Shown here one piece after another: positions 1-15,111 of a stretch of DNA of 64,000 nt. Source of the stretch: the human T2T-CHM13v2.0 reference genome, Homo sapiens. The notes beneath the pieces are model-generated. The model saw only the letters and a program-made list of their open reading frames with translations, had not been told where the DNA came from and did no database searches. Numbering within the stretch: position 1 is the first letter of the stretch; every line of letters starts with the position of its first letter. Location of the stretch: assembly GCF_009914755.1 (NCBI RefSeq), contig NC_060926.1; one strand, given 5' to 3'. The position numbers and the translations under genes were made by a program.

Positions 1-260
1 AAACAATTTGCCTCTTTTAAGCAAAGTTACGTATTTTAAAATTTAAAAATAAAGTTAACTCTTTTGTGTAGAGTATTTACTCAATTTACACTTAATACAA
101 TAAATGACATGTCCTAAGATTCCCATTTTAATGTCTTTCTATTTCCTTTGTTCATTGTTTCTGTTTCTCTTTTACTCTCCTCTTTTGGATAAATTATGCA
201 CCTCTAAAATGTTCTGCTTTATATTCCATGTTGATATTTTAGCTACATTTCTTTTGTTAG

Positions 261-690
261 TGTGGTAGACAGAATAATATTCCCCTAATGATGTCCACAT
301 TTTAATCTCCAGAATCTGCTAATGTTACCCTACATGGCAAAAAGACTTTGCAGATGTGATTAAGACAAGGATCCTTAGATAGGAAAACTACCCTGGGTTA
401 TCTTCGTGGGTTCAATGTGATCGCAGAGTCCTTAAAATATGGAAGAGGAAGGCAAGAGTCACAGAAGGAGATATAATGGTGGAAACCCAAGCCAGTGTGA
501 TGCAGCCAAGAGCCAAGATATGTGGGCAGCTTCTGGACACAGGAAAATTCAGACTCTTCTGAATTGACTCCAGAAGAAATGCAGCTCTTTTCACACCTTG
601 ATTTTAGTTCCATAAGACCCACTTTAGACTATGACCTCTAGAATTGTAAGATAATAGAGTTTGTTACAGCAACAATAGGAAGTTAATACA
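261..690 (+). mobile_element. MaLR solo LTR (MLT1D-like)
   Basis: TGTGGTAGACAGAATAAT…GGAAGTTAATACA termini, typical MLT1 motifs (GACTTTGCAGATGTGATTAAG), 5-bp TSD GTTAG at 256-260 and 691-695. Confidence 0.85.
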
Positions 691-699
691 GTTAGTTTC

Positions 700-3090
700 A
701 GGGGTTATTCTAGAAGTTGAAATATGTACCTTTAACATATTACAGTCTATCTTCAATTAATACTATGCTATAAGATGAACTATATGGAAATGTTACATTT
801 GTATAATTTCATGTACTCCCCTCCTGAACTTTTTGTTTGTTTGTTTTTTGCTTTCTAAAAAAAATTATTTTGCCTTTGCTCATATGTTCATTCTTACCCT
901 TTCAAGTCCTGTTTATTCCTTCATTGAAGATTCAGGGCTCCAATTAATATCATCTTCTTTACGCTGGGAGATTTTCCTTTAGAATTTCTCTTAGTGCAGG
1001 CCTGAAGGTTCCAAATGATCTCAGCTTCTCTGTGCCTGATAATGTCTTCATTTAGCATTCATTTTGAAGAATATTTTTGCTGGGCATAGAATTCTATGCT
1101 GACAGTGTTTTCCTTTCAATACCTTAAAAATGTTGTTCCATTGTTAGCCTCCATTGTGTACAAGGAAAAGTCAGATGCCATTTTTCATGTTATACCAGTG
1201 TTATGTTAGGTTATTCCAGTGTTATATTAGGTTATTCCAGTGTTATGTAATTTTTCTTTTGGCAGTTTGAATATGTTATTCCACTACCTTCTGGCTTCAT
1301 CATTTCTGATGATGTTAAGCATTAATCTGATTGAGTATTAGATATATGAGGAGCCATTTTTTGCCTTGCTGCTTTCTCTTATTGTCTTGGGCTTTTGAAA
1401 GTTTGACTATGATATGTTTAGGAGTGGATCCCTTTGGATTTATTGTAATTGAAATTCATTAAGCTTCTTCTATTTATAGATTAATGTTTTTCATCAAGTT
1501 TGGGATGTTTTCCACCATTATTTATTCAAATCCTTTTTATGCTTAATTTGCTCCTCTCCTTCTGGGACTCCTAGTAAGTATGGGTTGGTACACTTGATGG
1601 TATCCTGTAAGTCTCTGATGCTTTGATTATTTTTAAGCATTCTACAGTCTTTCTGTTTCTTACTCTGAATAATCTCTATTGACCTATCTACAAGTCTGCT
1701 GATTCTTTTTTCTATAGTTGAGCACCTCTAGTAAATTCTTTTATTTCAGTTATAGTACTTTTTGTCCCAAAAATTTCTATTTGGGGATATACGTATATAT
1801 ATATATATCTTTATATATATATATATGTATATTATATATAATAATATGATGGGTAATTTCTATCTCTGTATTGGTATTTTCCATTTGATAAGACATCATT
1901 GTACATACTTTCCTTGAATTATTTAAACATGATTTTCCTCAGTTCTTTGAACATGTTTGCAGTGGCTGATTTCATGTGTTTGTCTAATAAGTTTTAGACA
2001 AACCACCATCTAAGTACCATTAAGAACAGTTTTAAGTGACAGCTTTATTTTTCTGTGTGAGACATACTATCCTGTTTCTTTGTGTCTCATCATTTTTCAT
2101 TGATAAATTGACATTTTAAATAATATAATGTGACAACTCTGGTATAAGCCCACCCTTGGTTTGTTGTAGGTGGTTTTGTTGCTGTTTGTTTGTTTGATGA
2201 CCTTCCTCAGATTATTCTGTAGAGTCTGTTTTCTCTACAGTTTATGGCCACTGAAGCCTCTGGGTATTTTTTAAATTTTGGTTTTTATTTTTAAGCTTGG
2301 CTTTCTAAGAGTCACCCTTGACTCACCTTGACTTAATTGTCAGTCAATGTTCATTTAGATTTTCTTAAATGCCATCAGCCAGTAAGTCTTCCACCCTTTC
2401 CTAAGGGTATCTGTGTGTGTTAGAGTCACTCCTTCAAATCTGTCTTAACCTTTACTTTCTGCTTGTACAGGGCCTCAAGGTCAGCCAGAGGTGACTGACT
2501 GGGCTCCTCTAGTCTTTCCTGGGCAGGCATGCAGACATATGCTTGTATGCAGACTTCTGGATCCCCAGGAATACATAGGAGCTTTTCAAAGCCTCTGGAT
2601 ATCTTACACCCCATGTCTTTCTTTTACATTTTTAGTTGAGTTCTTATTTGCCCTAGAAATAATGATATTGCAGCATTAGGCAATTGCAAAGGTAAACAAT
2701 TGCTGCTGACTCTTCAACAATGCCCTAGGGGTATAACTGAGCTCTCTGGGTCAGATCCAATAGCCATGACATAAATACGGATTTCTTGGGGAACTGCAGG
2801 TCACAGTGACAATGCTCTAGGGTTGTCTTCTTGAGAAGTTTCAAAACCAGCCTTTCCCTTTTGGTGGCTGCAAGGCAGCTGGTTTTCCAGGCTACCACAC
2901 CATGTTGGTGGGAAAGATGAGATGAGAGATATCAAGTTAAAATGCCATAGCCCTTGCTATTCTAACCAAGTTTCAGTCATTTTTCTTTTGTAAACACTTT
3001 TCAGAGCGTCATGAACTTTGGCTAATTTCTGGAATTTTGAAAAAGTTGACTTTGATAATTTTGCCAGTATTCTTGTTACTTTAATGGAGG
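700..3090 (-). mobile_element. Old L1M fragment(s), ORF1/5' region, antisense
   Basis: T-rich degenerate L1 motifs (TTTTTGCTGGGCATAGAATTCT, AAGTTTGACTATGATATG, TTTTTCATCAAGTTTGGGA); boundaries approximate. Confidence 0.65.
1188..1248. repeat. Short 21-bp tandem repeat (~3 copies)
   Basis: GTTATTCCAGTGTTAT(G/A)TTAG repeated directly. Confidence 0.8.
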
Positions 3091-3397
<307 letters not shown>

Positions 3398-4026
3398 TGG
3401 AGGATCAGATTTATAGAAACCCTCATGCCACCATTTTGGAAGTCCGGCCTCTGAATTCATTATTCACTGCTGTGTTTCTTGAACATTTATTTTTCTTAAA
3501 TTGATGTTTTATCCCAAGTCAAGCATCATTTGGTCAAATTTCTAGTAATTTTAAAAAATGGATTCACGAAAGGTAAACTTTCCAACAGCTTCTATATTCC
3601 AAGATAAACACGGAATATGATTTAAAACTTCAAAAAAAGAATTATCAGTGGCCAAAAAATGTAAGAAAATATGATTGACATCACTTAAAATTAAGTGAAT
3701 ACGGTTTGACAAATAACATTGAAGTATTATTTTTTCTTCGGGCCTGTCAGAGTAGCTGAAATTCAAAAATACTAATTAAATTTAATCATCACAGGTTGTG
3801 GGGAAATAGGCCAACTCAGCACTTTGAAGTGTTAATTAGCATTTCATGTTTGGAGGATAATTTATCAGCCCTTGTAAAAGGAACCTACCTTCTGACACTC
3901 TTCATCTATTATTATGAATCTCGCCTCCAAAAATCATTGTTCTGGTGCAGACAGACTTTTGTTGCAGTCCCTTAGGAAACAATGGAAATATAAGAAACAA
4001 ATTATAAATATATAAGAAACAACTTA

Positions 4027-4413
<387 letters not shown>

Positions 4414-4867
4414 TCAGAAAAAGAGAGGGAGAAAATAACAGACAGACACAGAGATAGGCACCCAGAAATATATAATCTGGAGGAATATGCAACAAAGCGT
4501 TTAGAACATATAAATAAAACATGGAAAATGGGTTTGGGTATTTATGGGGAATTGTCATAATAGCTGTAGCTGTCTGTTAGTTCATATTTTTTAAAACAAT
4601 AAGTTTATCGATTCAGCTATCTTATTTCTTGGAAACACAGTCACATGGAAAGAAGTCTATAAATTTATAAGAATAAGAAATGAGACACTGAAGCCCCCTC
4701 TTACTTTCCAATCTCCCTTTTCCTTCCCCATTATCCTTGGCAGAAGTAAGTGATGTAAATAGACTTACATCACCCAGTTATTTGCCTTTGCATTTATATA
4801 CATTGATTTTCACATGGATATGTATTGAATATTTTTAACATGAATGAAGTTATCCTACATATGCTAA

Positions 4868-5188
<321 letters not shown>

Positions 5189-5682
5189 TTGTTTCCACTT
5201 TTAAATGTCTTAATGATGCAGGTTATGACTGGAAATAAGTTAGATATTATAAGAGAAAGAAAAAGATGTTTTTAAGAATTTCAGATGTTTGGCTTGAGTG
5301 ATGAATGGAAGATCCAGAAATGAAATAAAGAAGAGATTGGGAAGGAAAGATTAAGAGAGGATTTTTTTGGATAGGTCCATTATGAGAGATCTCTGAGATA
5401 ACCAAGTGAAGATGACATTCTTATCAAAAACCAGGTGCCAGCGATCCTTTTAATGTTTGACAAACTTATGAACAAAACATAACTATTTCGGGTTTTATTT
5501 TCCCCAATCATTGAAATTTAATGTCTCTTCATTGAGGTTGAGCATATTTAACCTCATAGTTTACTTTGTTCATGGAAAATTGATGTTTATCATTGAGACT
5601 TACAATCTTTTCATGTTGATCGTTCATTTGTATTTCCTCTCCTATATTTGTGCGTTTCTAACCTTTGTCCATCTCCAGTTAG

Positions 5683-5850
5683 TTTTGTTTTGTTTTGTTT
5701 TTTTGAGATGGAGTCCAGTCTGTCCATCTCAATGGACAGACGGGGTTTCACGGTGTTGGCCAGGATGGTCTCGATCTCCTGACCTCATAATCCACCTGCC
5801 TCGGCCTCCCAAAGTGCTGGAATTACAGGTGTGAGCCACCACGCCTGGCC
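5683..5850 (-). mobile_element. Internally deleted Alu with hairpin at the junction
   Basis: Tail and first ~20 nt of the right arm joined directly to AGACGGGGTTTCAC of the left arm. Confidence 0.9.
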
Positions 5851-6687
5851 TTCCAGTTAGTTTTTTAAAAATCTTTTTCTTATTGATGTGTAAGAATTCT
5901 CAATATATCCCAATAATTATTTTTCACTCGCCTAGCATGTTTTGGATATTGTTTCCAGGTTTTTCTATTTATCTACCAACTTCATCTGTAGTGTCCTTCA
6001 TTATAGAGAAGCTTAAATTTTTTTTATTTCCTCTAAGATTTGTAGCTTTATAAAAAAAACTTCTCTACTCCAAGACCACAAAAATATTCTTCTATTTATT
6101 TGTATTACTTTTATATTTTGATTTCAATCCATCTGGAGTTTATTCTTTGTATTATTTGAGGTAGGATTCTCACTTTTCCCCCAAGTAAAAAGCCTATTGC
6201 CCCAAACTCCACTGGTCTGAAATCCCATGTTTACAAACATCTGTTTTGGACTCTAGAGGTTGTTCTACTGATCTGTTTGTCTATTTCTCCACTAACAATT
6301 TAGTTTCAATTAACATATCTGACTTATTTAGGATGTTTTTGGCTGAAAGCAACCAATATTTGACTAAAAGTGGTTTAAAATTAATAGTGCTATTACCATG
6401 CATAACAAGCCCAGGACTGGTTGGTCTGAAGGTTGTTTCAAGTGCTCAGAGGTGCAGGTTTTTTCTTCCTCCTCCTCGCCCCTCCTCAGAGTGTTGACTT
6501 TCATGCTCAGGGTGGTTGACTCATGGCATGAAGATGGCTACCGTAGCTCCAGACATCATACCTTGCTCCCACAAAGCCACAGACAGAAAGGAAGGGCACA
6601 TGGAGAAAAGTCCTGTTACTTATGGTTCAAGTAGCTGTGAGTGATGGAAAACCCAAACAACAGTGGCTTAAATAAAAGAAAGGGTCA

Positions 6688-6964
6688 TTTTTTTTGAGAC
6701 GGAGTCTCAATCTGTTGCCCAGGCTGGAGTGCAGTGGTGCAATCTGGGTCACTGCAACCTCCGCCTCCTGGGTTCAAGCGATTCTCTTGCCTCAGCCTCC
6801 CGAGTAGCTGGGACGTGACACCACGCCCAGCTAGTTTTTGTATTTTTAGTAGAGATGGGGTTTCATCATGTTGGCCAGAATCATCTCAATCTCTTGACCT
6901 CATGATCTGCCCGCCTCGGCTTCCCAAGTGCTGGAATTACAGGTGTGAGCCACCACGCCCGGCC
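6688..6964 (-). mobile_element. Alu (AluS-like)
   Basis: Reverse-complement Alu dimer. Confidence 0.95.
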
Positions 6965-8519
6965 AGGGTCGTTTATTTTTATGTGAAGTTCCTGGCAGGT
7001 GGTGCAGCACTGGTGCATGATGGTAACTCACATTCCTTCTGCCTTTTTGCTCCACCAATGTTGAACTTGAAGTCCTGGCTCCACATGGTGACATCTGCCT
7101 AATAAATAGCAGGCTAAAGGAAGAGAAAAATGAGAGGGCAGCAGACATATCGTGCTGTGTCTTTGGAAGGTTCTGGGACGCTGTTGTGTGACACTTTGGC
7201 TATACTACTTTAACTGCAACTTGGTTACATGACCACAGTGTTTTGCAGGAGGATGAAAGCTCCTGTCTTTATTCTGGGTGAATATGCAACAGCTATCAAC
7301 AAGGATTCTATTACAACATCACACAAGGAAATCAGTGTTAAAGGACAGCCATTAATCTCTTCTACAGAGTCTATCTTGCCCTACTGTCGCTTTTGATCAG
7401 GAGGAAAGTATTTCCCAGATGATTTCCAAATGATGAATCACAACTGCATCAAATATGGATACTGCAGCTGCAAGGGGGACCGAGCGCTGGCATCTGCATG
7501 TCTGGTCTCTGTCATGGAAGGGTGGCGATGCTAATCGCCTGATAACAGACCAAATGGTTGACTTTCTAGGAAGCCAACAGCACCAGAAATCACTACTTTT
7601 GTAATAAATGTCAACATCTGGTTGAAAAAAAATCCCACCTCATTGTTCTTTTTCAAACTTTTGTCATTTTTGCACCTTTTCTCTTTATGATTGACATTGG
7701 AATTTATGTGGCTTGTAAAATGCATGCAGCTTGTAAAATTTTAGTTTGTCTAGGCTTCATTTTATGATGGGATTGGACTAAGTGAACTTCTGAATATTTC
7801 CAGGTTCTCTGATTCTAGTCCCATGAGATATTGAGCTATGTGGACCCCAGTGTTTTGATGGCTTAGACAAAGGAGGAGCTTTGCATGGGGATGGGTTGCT
7901 CATCTGGGCCTATGGATGGTGAGGCCTGCCTTTGCAGATGCGGGTGGTTTGGCAACTTGAATCCCTTAGAAGATGCAGCTGGCCAAGCTATCTCACTAGA
8001 GGCTGGGGCCAAAAGCCCAGGATCCTTATGATCTGCTGTCTGACTGCATGTGCTTACTGAGCCGGCTGCCAGCCAGGCCCAGCTCATTAGGATCTTCATG
8101 TTGTCTAGGCTGAGGTCTCCAGGGTTTACTTCCCTCTCCTTTCTGTCTCAGAATCCAGATTCCCTAAGGGCCTTTCTTTGGCCAAACTCTACCCACGTTT
8201 GATTAGCTCATTAGAAACTCCTTAATGAGGCAAGAGTTTCAAGCTTGTTAGTTTGCCTGTTAGTCTGCACAGAGTTAGTCTGAAGGTAGAACCCCGGGGG
8301 AGTATGTTACTTTCAGGTTGCAAAAAACAAGCACTGGGATTCTTAGTAAACAGTTCAAAGTGATGGCTGACTCACTTCTTATAGGACTAGAATAGAGACA
8401 GATAGCAAAGGACAGCTTTAATTCATTTGAAAGGTAATAAAAAATTCATAATAAATATCAAAATACTTGGCTGACATAAGTGTCATTGATTATGTCATTA
8501 TACAAATTAAAGCCGTATT

Positions 8520-11500
8520 GTATCAAGATGGCTGAATACGCATATTTTCTTTTCTCTCTCCCACACCAGATCCCAGTAGATAATACAAAAGATAGTTTCT
8601 GAATGTAATAAATCCATAATCATTTGGAAAATCAAGAAAAAATGTCATCAGCAAGAAGGCATTTTGAAGAATTCTTCAGAAAGGAAAAAAAATCTGTAGA
8701 GTAAGCGATACAGTACAAAGCCCCAAATATATACAGAAGATTGCTAAGGGGTGGGCATGGCGGGGCTGTATGAACAGATGCAGGACACAGGAAGAGACTC
8801 TGGGCCATCCACCAGGTGATGCTCTTGGGAGCTACTTTTGGACCAATCTGGATCAGTCAGCTCTTCCCCAGTTTTCTCATAGGGTATAGGAAGGTGCCTA
8901 TCCACAGGTTTAAAGAGTGGTGCTTTGCAGGAACTGGAGACAGAGAAAGGTATGTCCCCAGATGTGTGCACAGACATCACAAGACAAGATTCTGGCCCAT
9001 CCCCTTTATCAAATAAACAATGAGACAGTTGTACATGGTGTATTCCAGAAAAGTAAATGTTTTCAAGAAAGATGAAGACAGGTAAAAGAGATCATGGTGA
9101 AAAACAAGAAAGTAAAATATATTTTAAGCCTCATGACTTTTGATACAGAATGTAATACAATGTTTATATTTTTAAATCTAAGCTGCTGAAGGATGTTAAT
9201 ATTAGGGTGGTGGTCTAAGGGGAAGATCATGTTAATGTTCTGGGTTTCTTGAGGAATGGAGATTCTGATTCACTCCAGACATCAATACAAAGTATATATT
9301 TAACATATATATTAAAAATGTAAGAGTAACTACTGGAAAAATAGAAATAAATGTGTAATATACAAATATTGAGAATAAAAAGTGGAAGAAAAGACTCAAT
9401 GATTTGTACAAAAATTAGTAAGAAAAGAAGTAAGATGGCCAACACAAAATACAAGAAAATATATGAGTTATAAGTTTAAAAATATCAAAAGCCCAACAAA
9501 GATAAATGTAGTAAATTAGCCTATTCAGAGGAAATGGCTCCCAGAATGGTAAAACAAACAAACAACTACTTGTTTTTTGATGAGATATATTTAAAACAAA
9601 ATGACACAGAAAGTTCAAAAAGAAAAGAATGGAAAATGATAAAACGAGAATTCTGTTCCTAGCAATGGAAGGGAAAAACTACACAAATCCTCTTGATGAA
9701 ATATGAAATATTTAAAAATATTTTTACATTGTTTAAAATAATTAGTGACTAGGATAGTAATGATTAGGGGACTGAGATAGAAATGTAGATTAAACCAAGA
9801 TAGGTGAGAATAAAATGTATTGGGGCTTTTTCCTTTGTGAAAATTGGCAACGGCTAAAGTTGCTACTGAGATGCTGAAAAGTAACTAGCATTCATGGGTT
9901 TAGTGGACAAAAATTGGCACCTAATAGAGGGGTATTTGAAGAGCAATATCCTAGAAGTAGCAGTAAACTAAAAGCAGACTAGATTTCACAAGGTTTCACA
10001 CTATCTCCCAAATTCAAATCTCATCAATTTCTGATTGAATTAGTGTGGTCAGAGATTGCTTGTCTGGATGGTGATATCATCCAGAGCCTGAAATTATCCA
10101 CACATTTTAAGATATACAATATTTGGTATGTAATCAAAAGTAACCAGTCTCACAGAAAAATAACAAAAAACAAGGAGAAACAGTAACCATTAGGAGCAGA
10201 TTCACAGAATCCATCAGACATGTACTTCAAAATAAGTATGATTAGTATGTTTCAGGAATTAAAAAATAAAATAATTGTAATTAAGAACTCAATGAATCAT
10301 TTTAACAACAGATTAGATGTAGCTGCAGAGAGAATTAGTTAACTGGAATATAGATCAAAAGAAAATATCCACACTTAAGCATGAAGAGACAAAAGAATTT
10401 AAAAATGCTGAAAAAGTAGAAAAGATATAGGGAATAATATGGTAATAAGGCTGAACATATGTAAGAGTGCAGTCCTTGAGTGCAGGAGTGAGAGAATGAG
10501 CTGGAAGCAATGTTTGAAAAAATAATAGGTGAGAGTTTTCCAAAATTGATGAAACCTCAAGTAAGAGATTTATTACCAAAAAATGATAGTTGGATATGTC
10601 AGTTAAGATTATGAAAACCAAATTTTTATGGAAAATCTAAAAAGTGCAACAGAAAAAAATTCATATCTTCTTATGAAAGACAACTATCTCTTTCAATGAC
10701 ATTCCATCTCAAGAAATTAGTAAAAGGGCAAATGTAACCCAAAGAATGTAGAAAGGAAGAAATAATTATGAGTATAATAAAATAAGAAATAAACACACAA
10801 TATAGAGGATCAACCAAGTTAAAATTTATTCTTTTTAAAGGTTAATGAGAGTGATAAACACATGGCCAGGTGGATTAAGCAAAAAGAAAACAGCATCAGT
10901 GACCAACGTCAGGAATGAAACAGGGCATCACACAGAGACTACATATATTAAAACAGTGGTGAGAGGATGTTATGAGCAACATCAGATCAACCAAAAATTT
11001 AGATGCAAAGGACAAATATTTCTACAGCAATGCAACCTTAACAAAGCCAACATAAGATGAAATTAAAAAGCTCAGTGATTATACAGAAAGCAAAGACCCT
11101 GAATTCACAATTATAAATTTTGCATGTGTATTAATTCCAGACCCAGAAAACTCTGCCAATGAGTTTCCTGAACTTTTAAGAAAGAAACATGACCACGGCA
11201 TTCCCAAGATTAGAAATAGAAAGAACGCTAATGAATTCATTTTATAAGGCCAGCATTATCTTGATTTCTGAATCTGACAAAGACATTATAGAATTGCAGG
11301 CCCTCGTCTCTCATGAATACAGATGGAAAATTTTTCAAATAAACAAACAAAAAAAATCTCTTATGCTTTGGGAGGCTGAGATGAAAGGATCACGTGAGCC
11401 TAGAGGTTTGAGACTAGCCTAGGCAATATTGGGAGACCCTGTCTCTCTCTCTCAAAAAAAAAAAAAAAAAAAGCTGGGCATGGTGGCACACATCTGTGTC

Positions 11501-11659
11501 TCAGCTATTTGGCAGGCTGAGGATCACTTGAGCCTGGGAGGTTGAGGCTGCAATGAACTGTGACTGCACCACTGCATTCCAGCCTGGGTGACAGAGCAAG
11601 ACCCAGTCTCAAAAAAGAAACAAAGAAAGGAAAAAAACAAAAGTCTTAAAAGTCTACCC

Positions 11660-11694
<35 letters not shown>

Positions 11695-12160
11695 ACATGC
11701 ACACATATACATATAGACAAATATCATATATTACAACCAACTTGTGTTTACATCAGAAATGCAAGGTTGTTAAATACTTAAAAATCAATTTTTGTACCTT
11801 AAATTATCAGCAGAATGAAAAAAGAAAATACATATGATCATCTCAATAGCTGCAGTAAAAGTATCTGGGGAAATTCAACATTCATTTTGAAAAAAACTCT
11901 TGGCAAACCAGGAATAGGAGTTTTCCAAAACTTCTACTTTGAAATATTGAAAGTATTTTCCTTAAAATTGAAAACAAGTCAAGGATGCAACACCTTCTAT
12001 TGCCATGTAAATGCAACATTGTGTTGGAGTTCCCAGCAAGTGCACTAAGTTAAAAACTAACTAAAATGTAAATTAAAGGCCCAGGGATAGCAAAAATAGG
12101 ACTCAGAAAATAATCAAAATGACCATTATTTGCAGACAATATGATCATGTTCATAGATTA
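8520..12160 (+). mobile_element. Old L1M block (5'/ORF1/ORF2 remnants) with nested AluJ
   Basis: A-rich degenerate ORF1/ORF2 motifs; ORF-track relics such as LMNSFYKASIILI. Confidence 0.65.
11362..11640 (+). mobile_element. Alu (AluJ-like, 5' truncated)
   Basis: CTTTGGGAGGCTGAG…GTTGAGGCTGCAATGA…poly-A. Confidence 0.9.
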
Positions 12161-12187
12161 GAAAAAAGTAATATATTAAAATATAAT

Positions 12188-12740
12188 ATTTTATTTTATT
12201 TGTATTTCTGTTTTTTATTATACTCTAAGTTCTGGAATAGATGTGCAGAACATGCAGGTTTGTTACATAGGTATACACGTGCCATGGTGGTTTGCTGCAT
12301 CCATCAACCCATCATCTACATTAGGTATTTCTCCTAATTCTATCCCTCCCAGAGTCCCCCACCCCCCAAGAGGCCCACACACACAGTGGGTGATGTTCCC
12401 CTCCTTATGTCCATGTGTTCTCATTGTTCAACTCCCACTTATGAGTGGGAACATGTGGTGTTTGGTTTACTGTTCCTGTGTTAGTTTGCTGAGTGATGGT
12501 TTCCAGCTTCATTCATGTCCCTGCAAAGGACACGAACTCATCCTTTTTTATGGCTGCATAGTATACCATGGTGTATATGTGCCACATTTTCTTTAACCAG
12601 TCTATCATTGATGGGCATTTGGGTAGGTTCCAAGTCTTTGCTATTGTGAACAGTGCTGCAATAAACATACGTGTACATGTGTCTTTATAGTAGAATGATT
12701 TATAATATTTTGGGTATATACCCAGTAATGGGATTGCTAG
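12188..12740 (-). mobile_element. L1PA 3' fragment (ORF2 C-terminus plus 3'UTR)
   Basis: Minus [13 protein letters not shown]…DTCTRMFIAALFTIAKTWN…; 3'UTR and degenerate poly-A at left. Confidence 0.95.
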
Positions 12741-13062
12741 CTCATTATGGTGGGTGTGACGTTTGTGGTCCTCATCTCCTGTGGCTACACCCCAGCTACT
12801 ATCCTGAGGATGTACTCCGCAGTTAGGGGATGCAAAATCTTCTCTACCTGTGGTTCTCACATTACTACAGTGCCTCTCTTTCCCGGGACTGTGTTTGTCA
12901 TGTATGCCCAGCTGGGGCCTGTGGAGTCCATGGAGCAGGGCAAGGCAATCTCCATCTTCTACACCCTGCTCATCCCAACACTCAACCCCTCATGTACAGT
13001 CTGCGAAAAACGATGTGAAAATAGCCCTGAAGAGGTTGGGCCAGAAACACACAGCCATGTGA
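12741..13062 (+). pseudogene. Olfactory receptor pseudogene fragment, TM5-TM7 only (possibly the annotated OR9S24P)
   Basis: ISCGYTPATILRM…KIFSTCGSH (KAFSTCxSH motif)…FYTLLIPTLNP/LMYSLR/NDVKIALKRL across frameshifts; 5' two-thirds absent. Confidence 0.9.
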
Positions 13063-13514
13063 AGGAGAGTAGCGGAGAGGGACAGGGCACCCTGAGGACC
13101 CAGCAGAGGGACAGCGTTTTGTTGTGAATGTGGGTCGGGAAGGTGATTTCTTTCTCCCTTCATTAAATCAACATTTATTTAAAGCACACTGTGTTCTAGG
13201 CATTTTCCAAAGGCTTGGGAAAGATGCATATGGCAATGTCTTTGTCCTCTGATAATTAATAGCCTAATAGAGCGAAAATAATTAATTGTATTGTATTGTT
13301 TATAACATATGAAGACATAAATATGTGACAATAATAGCAAAAAGTCTGGAAGAGAATCTAATATAATCTGACAGTAGTCTTTGATACATTAAAGATATTT
13401 ACATTGTAAACTCCAGAGCAATCACCAAAAGCTAAAACAAAGTGGTATTGATAACCCAGTAGGGTATATGAAATAAGTTTTAAAGAAATTATCAATCCAA
13501 AAAAAATAACAGGA

Positions 13515-13906
<392 letters not shown>

Positions 13907-14712
13907 TTAAAACATATTGACAACTACACTAAGTACATATATAGAAACACTAAGAATTAAAAGGCAGAGATTATTAGAATGGATAAATAAAGTAATATCA
14001 AATGGTATGCCATTCAAAAAATCTGCTTTAAATGCAAAGACACATAGTGGCTAAAAGTAAAAGGACAGACAAGTGTACCATGCAAGTGACAATAAAAACA
14101 ACACATGAAGTGGGTACATTAGTATTAGAATGTCAAACGGAGAATATTACCCAGGATAGAGAGGGAATGTTATAACCACTTAGGCCAATTTTTCCAGAGG
14201 ACATCACAAATTAAATATGTATACATCTAATAACAGAATGTCCTAATACATGAATACATATAGAACTGAAAGGAAAAATAAGCAAATCTTCCATTACAGT
14301 TGGAGACATCAACAATCTCTATCTCAGAATTCAAGAAGACAAATACACAGTAAATCAGCAAGGATATAGAAAACTTGAATGACATTATAAACCAACCCAA
14401 CATTTATAAAACATTCTACCCACAATACTAGAATACAAAATTTTTTAAAGTACATATGAAACAGTCACCAAGACAGGGTATATTCTGGGTCAAAAAATGT
14501 TTAAATACAACTTAAAAGATTGAAATCATACAAAACATGATCTCAGATACAATAAAATTACATGAGAAGTCACACAAAAGTAGTTTTAGAAGTCACAAAT
14601 ATTTGGAAATTAACACACTTGTCAAAAGACATTAAAGAAGAAATTCAGGAAATTTCATATTAAAGAAAATGAAAATCTAAGAATTCAAATATGTAGAATT
14701 CTGCTAAGAAGT

Positions 14713-15111
14713 GCTATGAGAGAGTAAATTGTTATGCCCTCCCCAAATCCATATGCAGAAGTCCTAATCCCCAGTGTGATGGTACGTGGAGATGGGGCCT
14801 TTGGGAGACAATGATGGTTGGATTAGGTCATGGGGGTTGATCCTTCATGTTGGGATTAGTGGCTTTACAAGAAGAGGAAGAGAGACCCTCACCCCCAATT
14901 CCCAGAGTACATGCATTAAGGAAAGGCCTTTTGAGCACAGAACCAGATGGCAGCTGACTGAAGCCGGGAAGAAAGCCCTTACCAGAAACCAAACATGCTG
15001 GACCTTGACCTTGAACTTCTCAGCTTCCAGAACTATAAGAAATACATTTCTGTTTTTGGAGCCACTCAGTCTATGATAATGTATTTATAGGCAGCCTCTC
15101 CAGGCTAATAC
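14713..15111 (+). mobile_element. MaLR solo LTR (MLT1A/MST-like) nested in L1M
   Basis: TGCTATG…GAAGTCCTAATCCCCAGTGTGATGG…CTTCCAGAACTATAAGAAATACATTTCTGTT…CTAATAC. Confidence 0.8.
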
